Positions 46,845 to 56,204 are shown, numbered from the stretch's first letter. The stretch is 64,000 bases of DNA from an uncultured Acidobacteriota bacterium (GCA_963844845.1 CAWJPW010000008.1:192257-256256), one strand, 5' to 3'. Numbers and translations are program-made. Notes: generated from the letters alone by a model not told the origin.

Positions 46845-47091
46845 GCTCGCCTCCAACCGTGTATACGCAGCCACCCCCACCCGAGTTCCCACTCGGGCCT
46901 CCGCTCCTGGTGTCTCAGACGCTCAGCACGGGCCTCCGGGTGGCAGGGTCCGTGCTCTTCTCACCCATGCCATCCCATTTCCAGAGCAATCGGACGCAGC
47001 CGCGGAGAGTCCGCGCGCCGCCACCGCCGCGGCATCGCCCGCCTCGGCACATCGGACGATCTCAATTGCATCCGTTTCCAGCGCCCGCCGC

Positions 47092-47484
47092 CTAGCGCCT
47101 CATGATTGAGTCGAGGATGAGCATGAACGCGGCCTGCTGCTCCGGCTCCGCCTTCTCGATCACCGCGAGACAGCCGGTGTCGTCGAAGGCCTCGTGCAGG
47201 CGGTCGGCGGGATGAGCGGAGGTGATGATCACCCGCTTGAGGTTGACGCCGCGGCGGCGCGCCTCCTCGAGCACGGCACGACCGTCGAGGCCCGGCATCT
47301 CCCAGTCGAGGAGCATGAGGTGGATGTCGGGGCCGAGGCGGGACACCGCCAGGGTTGGATCGGAGTAGGTCTCCACCGCGGCCCGCTCCCCGTAGCGGTC
47401 ATCCATCAGCGCCCGCCACACCGCGCACTGCAGGGGCGAGTCGTCCACCACGACCACACGGCGCGCCCGTTCGGTGCTCATCAC
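47092..47484 (-). CDS. Single-domain response regulator (CheY-like receiver)
   Basis: 130 aa. VVVVDDSP, phospho-acceptor context HLMLLDWEMPGLDG, VIITSAH. Confidence 0.85.
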   Translation of the reverse strand: MMSTERARRVVVVDDSPLQCAVWRALMDDRYGERAAVETYSDPTLAVSRLGPDIHLMLLDWEMPGLDGRAVLEEARRRGVNLKRVIITSAHPADRLHEAFDDTGCLAVIEKAEPEQQAAFMLILDSIMRR

Positions 47485-47571
47485 CGCAGCGAGGTTAGCA
47501 GATTCCCAGCCGCCGCAGGAGTGGAACTTCCCCGCAGCAGATGGCTCTCACCCCGATGAGAGGAGGCCCTC

Positions 47572-48372
47572 ATGCGAATCCCCAACGCGTCGCTGCTCGT
47601 CATCGCTCTCTCGCTCCCGATGGCGCTGCCCGTGCCACCAGCCGCAGCCGCCGACGCTGGAGCCCTCGCCGTGGAGATCCTGGTGGACGGACGGCCGCTG
47701 GCGGAGTATGCCGCCCGCGGCACGACCTACGTCGAAGCCCTGGCCGGGCGCGAGTACTCGCTGCGCCTGCGCAACCACAGCGGTGGGCGTCTCGCCGTGG
47801 CCCTGGCGGTGGACGGCCTCAACTCCATCGACGCCCGCGCCGGGACCGCCTGGAGTGCCTCCAAGTGGGTGCTGGGCCCATGGCAGAGCGTCACCATCGA
47901 CGGCTGGCAGACGTCGTCGGCCACCGCCCGCCGCTTCGTCTTCACCACCGAGGAGCGCTCCTACGGCGCCTGGCTCGGTCATACCCGCGATCTCGGCCTG
48001 ATCACCGCGGTGGCCTTCCGCGAGCGCCCGCTTCCCCCACCGCGCCCCTGGGCCGCCGGCGAGAGCCGCGGCGAGGGCTCGCGCCGCCAGGAGAAGGTCG
48101 GCGGCAGCGCCGGAGCTCCCGCGCCCCAGCTTTCCGAGGACATGGCCGCCACCGGCATCGGCCGCCAGGTGGACAACCCGGTACGGCGGGTCCAGCTGGA
48201 GCTCGACCCGGATCCGGTGGCCAGCGTGCGCCTGCGCTACGAGTACCGGCCCGAGCTGGTGCGTCTGGGAGTCCTCCCGCTCCCACCCCGCCCCGATCCC
48301 CTCGCCCGAAGGGAGTCGGCGCAGGGCTTCTCCGGCCTGAGGTTCGCTCCGGATCCCTACTCCTCCCGTTGA
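47572..48372 (+). CDS. Conserved secreted protein of unknown function
   Basis: 266 aa, RBS GAGAGGAGG, signal peptide MRIPNASLLVIALSLPMALPVPPAAAA. Core: YSLRLRNHSGGRLAVALAVDGLNSID...GWQTSSATARRFVFTTEERSYG...ITAVAFRE. Confidence 0.6.
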   Translation: MRIPNASLLVIALSLPMALPVPPAAAADAGALAVEILVDGRPLAEYAARGTTYVEALAGREYSLRLRNHSGGRLAVALAVDGLNSIDARAGTAWSASKWVLGPWQSVTIDGWQTSSATARRFVFTTEERSYGAWLGHTRDLGLITAVAFRERPLPPPRPWAAGESRGEGSRRQEKVGGSAGAPAPQLSEDMAATGIGRQVDNPVRRVQLELDPDPVASVRLRYEYRPELVRLGVLPLPPRPDPLARRESAQGFSGLRFAPDPYSSR

Positions 48373-48426
48373 TCCTGTTGCCGGCCCCGGGCGGAGTGGT
48401 CTACCCTCCGCCCGGGGGTCTGAACC

Positions 48427-49683
48427 ATGCGCTTTTCCCAGGTTCTCGACGAGGAGTGGCGCCCCGCGCTGGGCTGCACCGAGCCGGCCAGCATTGCCTG
48501 GGCGGCGGCGTGTGCTGCGGCTCAGGTCAGCGGCCCGGCAGAGCGCGTGCACCTGGCGTGCGACCCGCGCATGTACAAGAACTGCTTCGCGGTTGGCATC
48601 CCCTACTCCGGCCACCGGGTGGGGATCCGTTGGGCCGCCGCTCTCGGCGCCCTGCTAGCGGACCCCGAGGCCAGGCTCGAACTCTTCCGCGGCATCACCC
48701 CTGAGACCCTCGCCGGTGCCCACAGCCTGCTCGAGACCGAGGCAGTGACGGTGGAGGTGAATGCCGATCACGACGCGCTGTGGGTTGACTGTACGGTCAC
48801 GGGCGCCGGCGGCCGCGGCCGCGCGGTGCTGGCCGAGGCGCACACCCGCCTGGTGCGGCTGGAGCGTGACGGCGTCGAGCAGCCCTTGCCGGCGCCCCCC
48901 GCAGGGTTTGCCGGTCCCGATCTGCGCACCCGTCTGACCGCAGCCTCTCTCGCCGAGCTCATCGCGCTGGCGAAGAGCCTCGACGTCGACGACCGCGCTC
49001 GCCTGCGCCACGGCATCGCCTGCAACCTCGCCATCGCCGAGCACGGCCTCGGGCTCCTGCCACCGCCGTTCCTCGCGCGCGGCGGCGACGACCCCCTCCA
49101 CCGCATCGGTCAGCGCGTGTGCGCCGGGGTCTACGCCCGCATGTGGGGCGAGGATCTGGTTGTCGTCTCCCTGGCCGGCTCCGGCAACAAGGGAATCGTG
49201 TGCTCGGTGCCCCTCGCCCTGTGGGGGGACCACCTGGGCGTCGCTCTCGAGCGCGTGGAGGAAGCGCTCGCCTTGGCCTGCGTGCTCACATCGGTCGCCA
49301 CCGCCCATCTGGGCACCCTGTCAGCCATGTGCGGCTCGGCCAACGCCGCCGGCATCGGCCTCGCCGCCGGTCTGGTCCTGCTCGAGGGGGGCGGCGAGAA
49401 CGAGGTCTCGCTGGCAGTCAGCAACATGGTCGGCAACCTCACCGGCATGATCTGCGACGGGGCCAAGATCGGCTGCGCCCTCAAGGGGATGAGCGCAGTG
49501 GACGCGGCCTTCCGCGCGGCCTCTCTGGCGCTCTCGGGCCTCGGCATTCCCGCCACCGACGGCATCGTCGGCGCCGACGGGCTCGCCTCGCTGCGCAACC
49601 TGGCGCGCATCGCCGGGCCCGGCATGGCATCAACCGAGCCCGAGATCCTCGGGATCATGCGCGCGAAGATGACCTCAGCGTAG
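48427..49683 (+). CDS. cyuA: UPF0597/YhaM-family protein (L-cysteine desulfidase CyuA-like, serine dehydratase alpha-like fold)
   Basis: 418 aa. The N-terminal signature EEWRPALGCTEPASIAWAAA matches the YhaM ALGCTEP motif; GSGNKG is also present. Confidence 0.75.
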   Translation: MRFSQVLDEEWRPALGCTEPASIAWAAACAAAQVSGPAERVHLACDPRMYKNCFAVGIPYSGHRVGIRWAAALGALLADPEARLELFRGITPETLAGAHSLLETEAVTVEVNADHDALWVDCTVTGAGGRGRAVLAEAHTRLVRLERDGVEQPLPAPPAGFAGPDLRTRLTAASLAELIALAKSLDVDDRARLRHGIACNLAIAEHGLGLLPPPFLARGGDDPLHRIGQRVCAGVYARMWGEDLVVVSLAGSGNKGIVCSVPLALWGDHLGVALERVEEALALACVLTSVATAHLGTLSAMCGSANAAGIGLAAGLVLLEGGGENEVSLAVSNMVGNLTGMICDGAKIGCALKGMSAVDAAFRAASLALSGLGIPATDGIVGADGLASLRNLARIAGPGMASTEPEILGIMRAKMTSA

Positions 49684-51732
49684 TACGGACAGCAGGTCCG
49701 AGGCCTCACCCACCAGCGCCTTCTCCACCTTGTCGGCGACGTTCAGGTGAGTGTACTCGATGACCTCCGAGTAGCGAGGGCCCAATGGAGTGGCGCCGGC
49801 CACGTCGTATGCCTGCACCGTCACCCGCGCCTGAAACACCGTGCCGTAGCGTCCCATGTAGCGCACCTGACGCTCGCCGAGGTACTCGACCTGGGCGAGC
49901 ACCAGCGCCGCGGTCTCGCCGCGCAGCTGCCCGATGGCGTCGCCCGGGGAGAGCCGGGACGGGCCGCCGAGGCCGCCGTCGTCCATCAGCTCCACCCCGC
50001 CGCCGCCCAGGCGCTTCTCCAGGAAGCTGCGGACCTCGCCGGCGAGCAGAGGCTCACCGGTGACCACCAGCGCGGTGCCGTGCGCCGGGGCCGGCGCCGG
50101 CGCCGGCGCAGCCTCAGCGCGGGGCGCTACCCGCCGGGGCGCGGGCCCGGCCCGGCGGCCGCTGTCCGTGGCCGCTCGCTCGCCGCCTCCAGGAGTGGAC
50201 GACGCGGCCACCTGCAGACCGGCGGGTGGCGGCGCGCTCGCCGCCTGGGCCCCGGCCGAGGCCGTTTGCGAGCCCCCCTGCATGTCGCCCGACCCACCCC
50301 CGGGCACAGGCTCCACGCCCTGAGCAGAGGAGCCCGCCGGGGCGGCCGCCACCGGCTCCGCCGCCGAGCTGTCGCTGCTCTCCGCCCAGCTGCCGCCCGC
50401 CACCTCGACCTGGTCGGAAGGCATGGACTGGGCGGTGCCCTCGGCTGACGCAACCCGGCTTGCGCCGAATGCGGCGCGGGCCATCTGGACGCCACGACCC
50501 AACAGCCCGGTGCGCCAGGCGACCACGCCGGCGAGTCCGAGGAGACCGACGCCCACCACTACCAGGATGAGCACCACCATGAGCATCCGGCTACGGCCGC
50601 TACCGGCCTGGGGCGGCGGAGCCCCCACCATCGGCGCGTCGGCCACCAAGGGCGCCTCGATGGGCGCCTCGTCGGGCCATGGCGCACCGCCGGCCTCGGG
50701 GCTGTCCGGGCTGGGCGGCAGCGGCGGAGGCGGCGGCACGGCGGTCGTCCCACCAGCCGCTCCGACAGGCGCCGTGCTCCCCGGCGAGCTGCCGACGCCG
50801 CTCTCCACGGCCATCGTGGGCGAGGTGTTGAGCGCCTGGGCATCGGCCGGCGGCGGCGGGGCCGGAGGAGCCATCACCACTGCCCCCCCGGTCGCGGGCT
50901 CGCGCCGGCCACCGGTGGAGTCGAGGTAGTCTTCCACGGCATCCACCAGCTCGTGCGCGTCGGGGTAGCGCTGCTCGCGGTCCTTGGCCATCATTCGCGC
51001 GAGGATCGCCCGCACACGCTCGTCCACATCAGGGTTGAGCTCGCTCACCGGTGGCGGCTCCTCCTCCGCGATCTTTCTGATCAGAGCCAGTGGGCTGTCG
51101 GCGCGGAACGGCGCGGTGCCGGTGAGCATCTCGAAGTAGGTGACGCCGAGGGAGTAGATGTCGGTGCGGCAGTCGAGATCGCTGTCGAGGCATTGCTCGG
51201 GCGAAAGGTACCCCGGCGTGCCCATGAACATCCCGCTCATGGTCAGCCGACTCGCCGCATCAGGCATGAGGGCGAGACCGAAGTCAGCTATCTTGAGCAG
51301 GTTGCCATCACTCAGGATGAGGTTGGCCGGCTTGATGTCGCGATGAATGACGCCCTGGTCGTGGGCAGCCGCGAGCCCCGAGGCCGCCTGCAGGATCAGG
51401 CGCGTCGCGCGCGGCGGGACCATGCGCCCGTCGCTCCTGAGCAGCTGCTGCAGGCTCCTGCCCGACACGTACTCCATGACGAAGTACTGCTTGCCCGCAT
51501 CCTCGCCGATGAAGTAGATCTGCACGATGTTGGGGTGGCTGAGCTTGGCGGCGCTCTGCGCCTCGCGCACGAAGCGGGTGACGTAGTCGGGGTCCTGCGA
51601 GAGGTGCTCACCCAGCACCTTGATGGCGACGAAGCGGTTGAGCGACTCCTCGTGCGCCTTGTAGACGACCCCCATCCCACCCCGCCCCAGCTCAGCGACG
51701 ATGCGGTAGTGGCCGATCATCTCCTCACTCAT
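49675..51732 (-). CDS. Ser/Thr protein kinase with Pro-rich linker, TM segment and unassigned C-terminal domain
   Basis: 685 aa. Kinase motifs: LGRGGMGVVYKA, VAIKVL, HRDIKPANLIL, DFGLA, GTPGYLSPE. TM: MLMVVLILVVVGVGLLGLAGVVAW. Confidence 0.85.
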   Translation of the reverse strand: MSEEMIGHYRIVAELGRGGMGVVYKAHEESLNRFVAIKVLGEHLSQDPDYVTRFVREAQSAAKLSHPNIVQIYFIGEDAGKQYFVMEYVSGRSLQQLLRSDGRMVPPRATRLILQAASGLAAAHDQGVIHRDIKPANLILSDGNLLKIADFGLALMPDAASRLTMSGMFMGTPGYLSPEQCLDSDLDCRTDIYSLGVTYFEMLTGTAPFRADSPLALIRKIAEEEPPPVSELNPDVDERVRAILARMMAKDREQRYPDAHELVDAVEDYLDSTGGRREPATGGAVVMAPPAPPPPADAQALNTSPTMAVESGVGSSPGSTAPVGAAGGTTAVPPPPPLPPSPDSPEAGGAPWPDEAPIEAPLVADAPMVGAPPPQAGSGRSRMLMVVLILVVVGVGLLGLAGVVAWRTGLLGRGVQMARAAFGASRVASAEGTAQSMPSDQVEVAGGSWAESSDSSAAEPVAAAPAGSSAQGVEPVPGGGSGDMQGGSQTASAGAQAASAPPPAGLQVAASSTPGGGERAATDSGRRAGPAPRRVAPRAEAAPAPAPAPAHGTALVVTGEPLLAGEVRSFLEKRLGGGGVELMDDGGLGGPSRLSPGDAIGQLRGETAALVLAQVEYLGERQVRYMGRYGTVFQARVTVQAYDVAGATPLGPRYSEVIEYTHLNVADKVEKALVGEASDLLSVLR

Positions 51733-51887
51733 AGTGCCTCCTCCGGCGCCGGGCGCCGGCCGTCTGTTTGAGCCGAAGTCTCCTGCTCATGCTAGCACGC
51801 AGGCACTCCCCCAAACGCCGCGGATGTGGCCTCCGTAAAGTGGGTGGACGACGACACGGATGATCGTCGGACAACCTCCTTCCCTTC

Positions 51888-51916
51888 AGCCCCGTGACAA
51901 CGGGGCTTCTCTTTTT
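51888..51916 (+). terminator. Intrinsic-terminator-like hairpin + T-tract, 64 nt upstream of nadE (possible attenuator)
   Basis: AGCCCCG TGACAA CGGGGCT followed by TCTCTTTTT. There is no plus-strand gene upstream. Confidence 0.5.
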
Positions 51917-51979
51917 GCCCCCGACCGCGGAATACTGGGGAGCCGCGTGACCCTCTTCGGGGTCAGGGAGGAGCGACGC

Positions 51980-53677
51980 ATGCGGATCGCCATCGCCCAG
52001 CTCGACCTCACCATCGGGGCCTTCGTCGCCAACCTGGAGCAGATCCGGGAGGCGGCCGCCGCCGCTCGTCGCGCCGGCGCCGATCTGCTGGTGCTGTCGG
52101 AGCTGGTCACCACCGGCTACCCCCCCCGCGACCTCCTCGAGCGCGACGACTTCGTGGACGAGAACCTGCGTCAGCTGGAGCGCATCGCCGCGCTCTCGGA
52201 CGAGCGCCTCGGGATCGTGGCAGGTTACGTGGAGCGCAACCGCTCGGGAATCGGAAGGCCGCTTTACAACGCCGCCGCCCTGTGCCACAGCGGCCGGGTG
52301 GCCGATCGGGTGATCAAGAGCCTGCTACCCAGCTACGACGTGTTCGACGAGGACCGCTACTTCGAGCCCGGAACCGAGGTCCATCCGGTGGAGTTCCGGG
52401 GGGTGGCGCTGGGCATCACAATCTGCGAGGACGTCTGGAACGACCCCGATTTCTGGCCGCGTCGGCGCTATCACCGCGACCCGGTGGGCGAGCTGGTGAC
52501 CCAGGGCGCCCGTCTCCTGCTCAACATCTCCGCCTCGCCGTTCAGCCTCGGCAAAGGCCGTCTGCGCCGCGACATGATCGCCCAGGAGGCGGCCAAGCAC
52601 AGGCGCTACTTCTTCACGGTCAACCAGGTGGGAGCCAACGACGAGCTCGTGTTCGACGGGCACTCCCTCGGTGTCGACCCCACCGGGAAGGTGGTCCTGC
52701 GGGCGCATGACTTCGCCCCCGACTTCCTGGTCTACGACGTGCCCGAGGCCGTCCTCACCGCGTCGGACCCAGGCCCAACCCCCGGTGAGACCGGCTCGCT
52801 CCGCGAGGTCGCCGGGTCGCGGGCCGAGGAGGCCTACGACGCCCTCGTCCTTGGCCTCGCCGACTACACCCGAAAGTGTGGCTTCGACCGGGTCGTGCTG
52901 GGTCTGTCGGGGGGGATCGACTCGTCGCTCACCGCGACGGTGGCGGTGGACGCCCTGGGCTCCGGCGCCGTCCTCGGGGTCGCTCTGCCGAGCCGCTACT
53001 CCTCCGACCACAGCCTGCGAGACGCCCGCGCTCTCGCCGAAAGCCTCGGCATCGACTACCTCGAGGTCCCCATCGATCCCGTCTTCCAGGCCTACCTCGA
53101 CGCACTCGAGCCGATCTTTCAGGGGCGCGACACCGACGTCACCGAGGAGAACATCCAGGCCCGGGTACGCGGCAACATCCTCATGGCGCTCTCCAACAAG
53201 GAGGGCCGACTTCTCCTCACCACCGGCAACAAGTCCGAGCTGGCGGTCGGCTACTGCACCCTGTACGGCGACATGAGCGGCGGTCTGGCGGTGATCTCGG
53301 ACGTGCCCAAGATGTTGGTGTACGAGCTGGCGCGCTGGGCCAACCGCGAGCGCGAGCGGATTCCGGACGCGGTGTTCCAGAAGCCACCCTCGGCCGAGCT
53401 CCGCGCCGACCAGACCGACCAGGACTCACTGCCGCCGTACGACGTCCTCGACCGCATCGTCGAGGCCTACGTCGAGCACAACCGCAGCGTTGCGGATATG
53501 GTGAGCGAGGGCCTACCGCGCGAGATGGTCAAGGAGATCGCGCTCCTCATCGACCGCAACGAGTACAAGCGGCGCCAGGCGGCGCCCGGAATTCGCATCA
53601 CCAGCAAGGCCTTCGGGTCCGGCCGAAGGTACCCCATCGCCGCGGTGTACCGGGATCTCCACGAGCGGCAGGATTAG
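51980..53677 (+). CDS. nadE: Glutamine-dependent NAD+ synthetase
   Basis: ORF 51860..53677 trimmed to ATG 51980 after GGGAGGAG. N-terminal CN-hydrolase domain: MRIAIAQLDL, LSEL, ITICEDVW. C-terminal ATP-pyrophosphatase motif: VLGLSGGIDSS. Confidence 0.9.
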   Translation: MRIAIAQLDLTIGAFVANLEQIREAAAAARRAGADLLVLSELVTTGYPPRDLLERDDFVDENLRQLERIAALSDERLGIVAGYVERNRSGIGRPLYNAAALCHSGRVADRVIKSLLPSYDVFDEDRYFEPGTEVHPVEFRGVALGITICEDVWNDPDFWPRRRYHRDPVGELVTQGARLLLNISASPFSLGKGRLRRDMIAQEAAKHRRYFFTVNQVGANDELVFDGHSLGVDPTGKVVLRAHDFAPDFLVYDVPEAVLTASDPGPTPGETGSLREVAGSRAEEAYDALVLGLADYTRKCGFDRVVLGLSGGIDSSLTATVAVDALGSGAVLGVALPSRYSSDHSLRDARALAESLGIDYLEVPIDPVFQAYLDALEPIFQGRDTDVTEENIQARVRGNILMALSNKEGRLLLTTGNKSELAVGYCTLYGDMSGGLAVISDVPKMLVYELARWANRERERIPDAVFQKPPSAELRADQTDQDSLPPYDVLDRIVEAYVEHNRSVADMVSEGLPREMVKEIALLIDRNEYKRRQAAPGIRITSKAFGSGRRYPIAAVYRDLHERQD

Positions 53678-53750
53678 CCGAAACCTACTGTGCTGCGTTG
53701 CGTGACGGCCTGGCGTTGGCGAGAGTGGGGGGCCTTCGAGTCGCCAAGGG

Positions 53751-54545
53751 TCACGGGCGCGCGGGGGCCCGCATCGCCTCGATGGAGGAGCGGGTTCGCT
53801 CGAGCAGCTCGTTGACGCTCTCCTTGCCCATGCCGTCGGTGGCGATGGGCTCGCCGACCACCACCTCGAGAACGCCGCTGCGGGAGCGCCACTCGCCCTT
53901 GGCGAGGAGACGGCGGCTGCCGTTGACCGCCACCGGCAGGATCGGTACCTGCGCGTCCACCGCCAGGTGAAAGCCACCCTTCTTGAATGGCAGCATCTCG
54001 TCGCTGGGGGAACGGGTCCCCTCGGCGAACACCAGGACCCGACGCCCGGCCCGCACCACCTCGGCCGCAGCCGCCATCTGCTGGTGGGAGCGCTCGCGGT
54101 CCCGACGATCCACCGGCAACAGCCCAAGGCGCACGATCGCCGGACCGAACATGGGGATGCGCGTGAGCTCGCGTTTGACCACGAAGTACGCAGGGTGAGG
54201 CAGGGCCACGGCAAGGGCGGGCCCATCGAAGTGGCTGGCGTGGTTGGAGACGATCACGTACGAGCCGTCGCGCGGCACGTGCTCGAGACCACATACCCGC
54301 AGGCGCACGCCACACACCAGAAGGAGCAGTCGGCTCCACGCCCGCGTGAGGGGATAGGTGATCCGGTGCAGCCCCAGCATCGCGGCGACGATCACCGAGC
54401 TCGTCACCACCAGGGTCGCCAACGTCATTACGGGGTAGATGAGCAGCCAGCGCAGGCGCACCGCGTCACTGTATCGGCGCACGCCGGCCAGACGCAACCA
54501 CGGCGGGCTCGGGGCGCGGCCGCTCAGTGCTTCCTCAACACCCAT
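53751..54545 (-). CDS. plsC: 1-acyl-sn-glycerol-3-phosphate acyltransferase
   Basis: 264 aa. NHASHFD (HX4D), FAEGTRS, N-terminal TM. The start is uncertain, as this form overlaps the upstream gene by 22 nt. Confidence 0.8.
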   Translation of the reverse strand: MGVEEALSGRAPSPPWLRLAGVRRYSDAVRLRWLLIYPVMTLATLVVTSSVIVAAMLGLHRITYPLTRAWSRLLLLVCGVRLRVCGLEHVPRDGSYVIVSNHASHFDGPALAVALPHPAYFVVKRELTRIPMFGPAIVRLGLLPVDRRDRERSHQQMAAAAEVVRAGRRVLVFAEGTRSPSDEMLPFKKGGFHLAVDAQVPILPVAVNGSRRLLAKGEWRSRSGVLEVVVGEPIATDGMGKESVNELLERTRSSIEAMRAPARP

Positions 54546-55201
54546 CGATTCAACAGCTTCACCGCGCCGGCCAGCTCCCGCGCGAGTGGGTGGTCGCCCA
54601 GCCTCTCACCGATGCGCTCTGCAAGGCCGCGGTAGTACCACATCTGCCGCTGTGGGGCGGCGTTGAACCTCCCCCAGACCGCATCCACGCGTTCGCTGGC
54701 GGCGAGGTCTCCCAGCAACGACAGCAGGTTGTGCAGGGCGTCCGCCGCCTTGACGAGAACCGCGTCCACCGGAATGCTGTCGAGGCCCTCCAGCTGCTCG
54801 CGCTTGCGCACCTCCCAGGTGGCACTGGCCTCCTCGTCGCGTCGCTTGTTCTCGGTGACGGCGCGCACAATCTCGAGCACCTCCGGGCCGGCGGCCTCGA
54901 GGATCACCGCCTCACCGTCGGGGGCCGGCACATCCTCGAGGAAGTCGTGCAGGAGGGCCGCCGCGAGCACGGTATCGGGCGCGCCCAGCCGGGCCAGGAT
55001 GCAGGCTGTGCCCATGAGGTGGGTGACGTAGGGCACACAGGTTGCCGGCAGCAGCGGGCCGTCACGCGCGCAGTCGGGCGCCCCCCCCTTGCGGAACTGC
55101 CGGTAGTGCCCACGCGCCGCCAATCTCAGCGCCGACTCCAGCAAGGGGGAGTACAGGCGGTGCTCTGACCCTGCGAACGGATTCTGTTCGGCCTCTTCCA
55201 T
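54524..55201 (-). CDS. HD-domain phosphohydrolase (RelA/SpoT-type (p)ppGpp hydrolase-like)
   Basis: Trimmed to ATG 55201. RLAARGHYRQFRKGG...PYVTHLMGTACILARLG...AALLHDFLEDV. Confidence 0.7.
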   Translation of the reverse strand: MEEAEQNPFAGSEHRLYSPLLESALRLAARGHYRQFRKGGAPDCARDGPLLPATCVPYVTHLMGTACILARLGAPDTVLAAALLHDFLEDVPAPDGEAVILEAAGPEVLEIVRAVTENKRRDEEASATWEVRKREQLEGLDSIPVDAVLVKAADALHNLLSLLGDLAASERVDAVWGRFNAAPQRQMWYYRGLAERIGERLGDHPLARELAGAVKLLNRWVLRKH

Positions 55202-55268
55202 GGTCGACCTTCGAATTGTACCGTGCATCATCGTGTTACGTCACGGTAAGATCGCCACGGGAGGTTCC

Positions 55269-56039
55269 ATGCGCTCGATTCTCGTCGCCTTCACCTGTGC
55301 GTCGCTCCTCGCCACCGGTGCCGTTGCCCAGTCGCTGGGACCGGGCGGGAACATCCCGGTGGTCGCCAACCTACCTGGCGTGGCCGGTACGTTCTGGCGC
55401 TCGGACGTGATCGTGACCAACGCGAGCGACACCAGCACCTCGGTGATGCTCAAGCTGCTTCCGGAGATCCGCGACGGCGCCACGACCTTCACCGCCAAGC
55501 TGATCGGCCCCCTGGACCTCCCCGCCCGCAGCCAGCTCAATCTCCCCAACGTGGTGCAGAGCCGCTTCGGCCTCATCGACGCCAAGGGCTCCCTTCAGAT
55601 CTACACGACCAACGGCGTGCCGGTGGCCCTGGCCTCGCGCACCTACACCTACGACCGCGACAGCGGCGGCAGCTACGGGCAGGAGGTCAGCGGCATCCTC
55701 GCGGCCAAGCAGGCGTGGGTTGCCGGGGTGGAGCACGACGGCCTCTATCGAACCAACATCGGCATCGTATGGCTGTGGGACACCCCGGTGCAGTTCACCG
55801 TGACCGTGTTCAAGGCGGACGGAAGCGAGGCGGGCTCGGGCGTCGTCGCCTTTCCTGAGGCCGGCCTGCAGCAGAAGAGCCTGGAGGCGTTCGGGGTCGG
55901 CACGCTGATCGACGGCTACGTGGTCATCTCCAGCTCGGACCCCGACGCCATCTGGTACGCCTACGGCTCCCGGGTCGACCAGACATCCGGCGACGCGGTC
56001 TACCGCCCCGCCAAGAGCCTCGCCACCGACCTTCCATAG
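55269..56039 (+). CDS. Secreted protein of unknown function
   Basis: Trimmed to ATG 55269 after GGGAGG. Signal peptide MRSILVAFTCASLLATGAVAQ. Motif GVAGTFWRSDVIVTN. Confidence 0.6.
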   Translation: MRSILVAFTCASLLATGAVAQSLGPGGNIPVVANLPGVAGTFWRSDVIVTNASDTSTSVMLKLLPEIRDGATTFTAKLIGPLDLPARSQLNLPNVVQSRFGLIDAKGSLQIYTTNGVPVALASRTYTYDRDSGGSYGQEVSGILAAKQAWVAGVEHDGLYRTNIGIVWLWDTPVQFTVTVFKADGSEAGSGVVAFPEAGLQQKSLEAFGVGTLIDGYVVISSSDPDAIWYAYGSRVDQTSGDAVYRPAKSLATDLP

Positions 56040-56204
56040 CCGCTGCGGCACTGTTCGCGGGCGCACCCGCATCCGACCGGGAACCCGGAAGCCCTCCAAA
56101 GCAGCTGCCGGCAGCTCCCCTTCGTCGCCCGATCTCTCGATGACCCCCATCGCAACGACGACCACCAGCGACTTCTCCAGGCCGAAGCCCGTCCTCCCGT
56201 CACC

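Noticed and set aside
47520-47545. Sigma-54-like promoter (TGGAAC-N5-CGCA) upstream of the 47572 gene.
   Set aside because: It deviates from TGGCAC-N5-TTGCW at key positions, and no enhancer-binding protein is nearby.
55225-55250. CGTGTTACGTCACG near-palindrome upstream of the 55269 gene.
   Set aside because: It is not a true inverted repeat when checked base by base.
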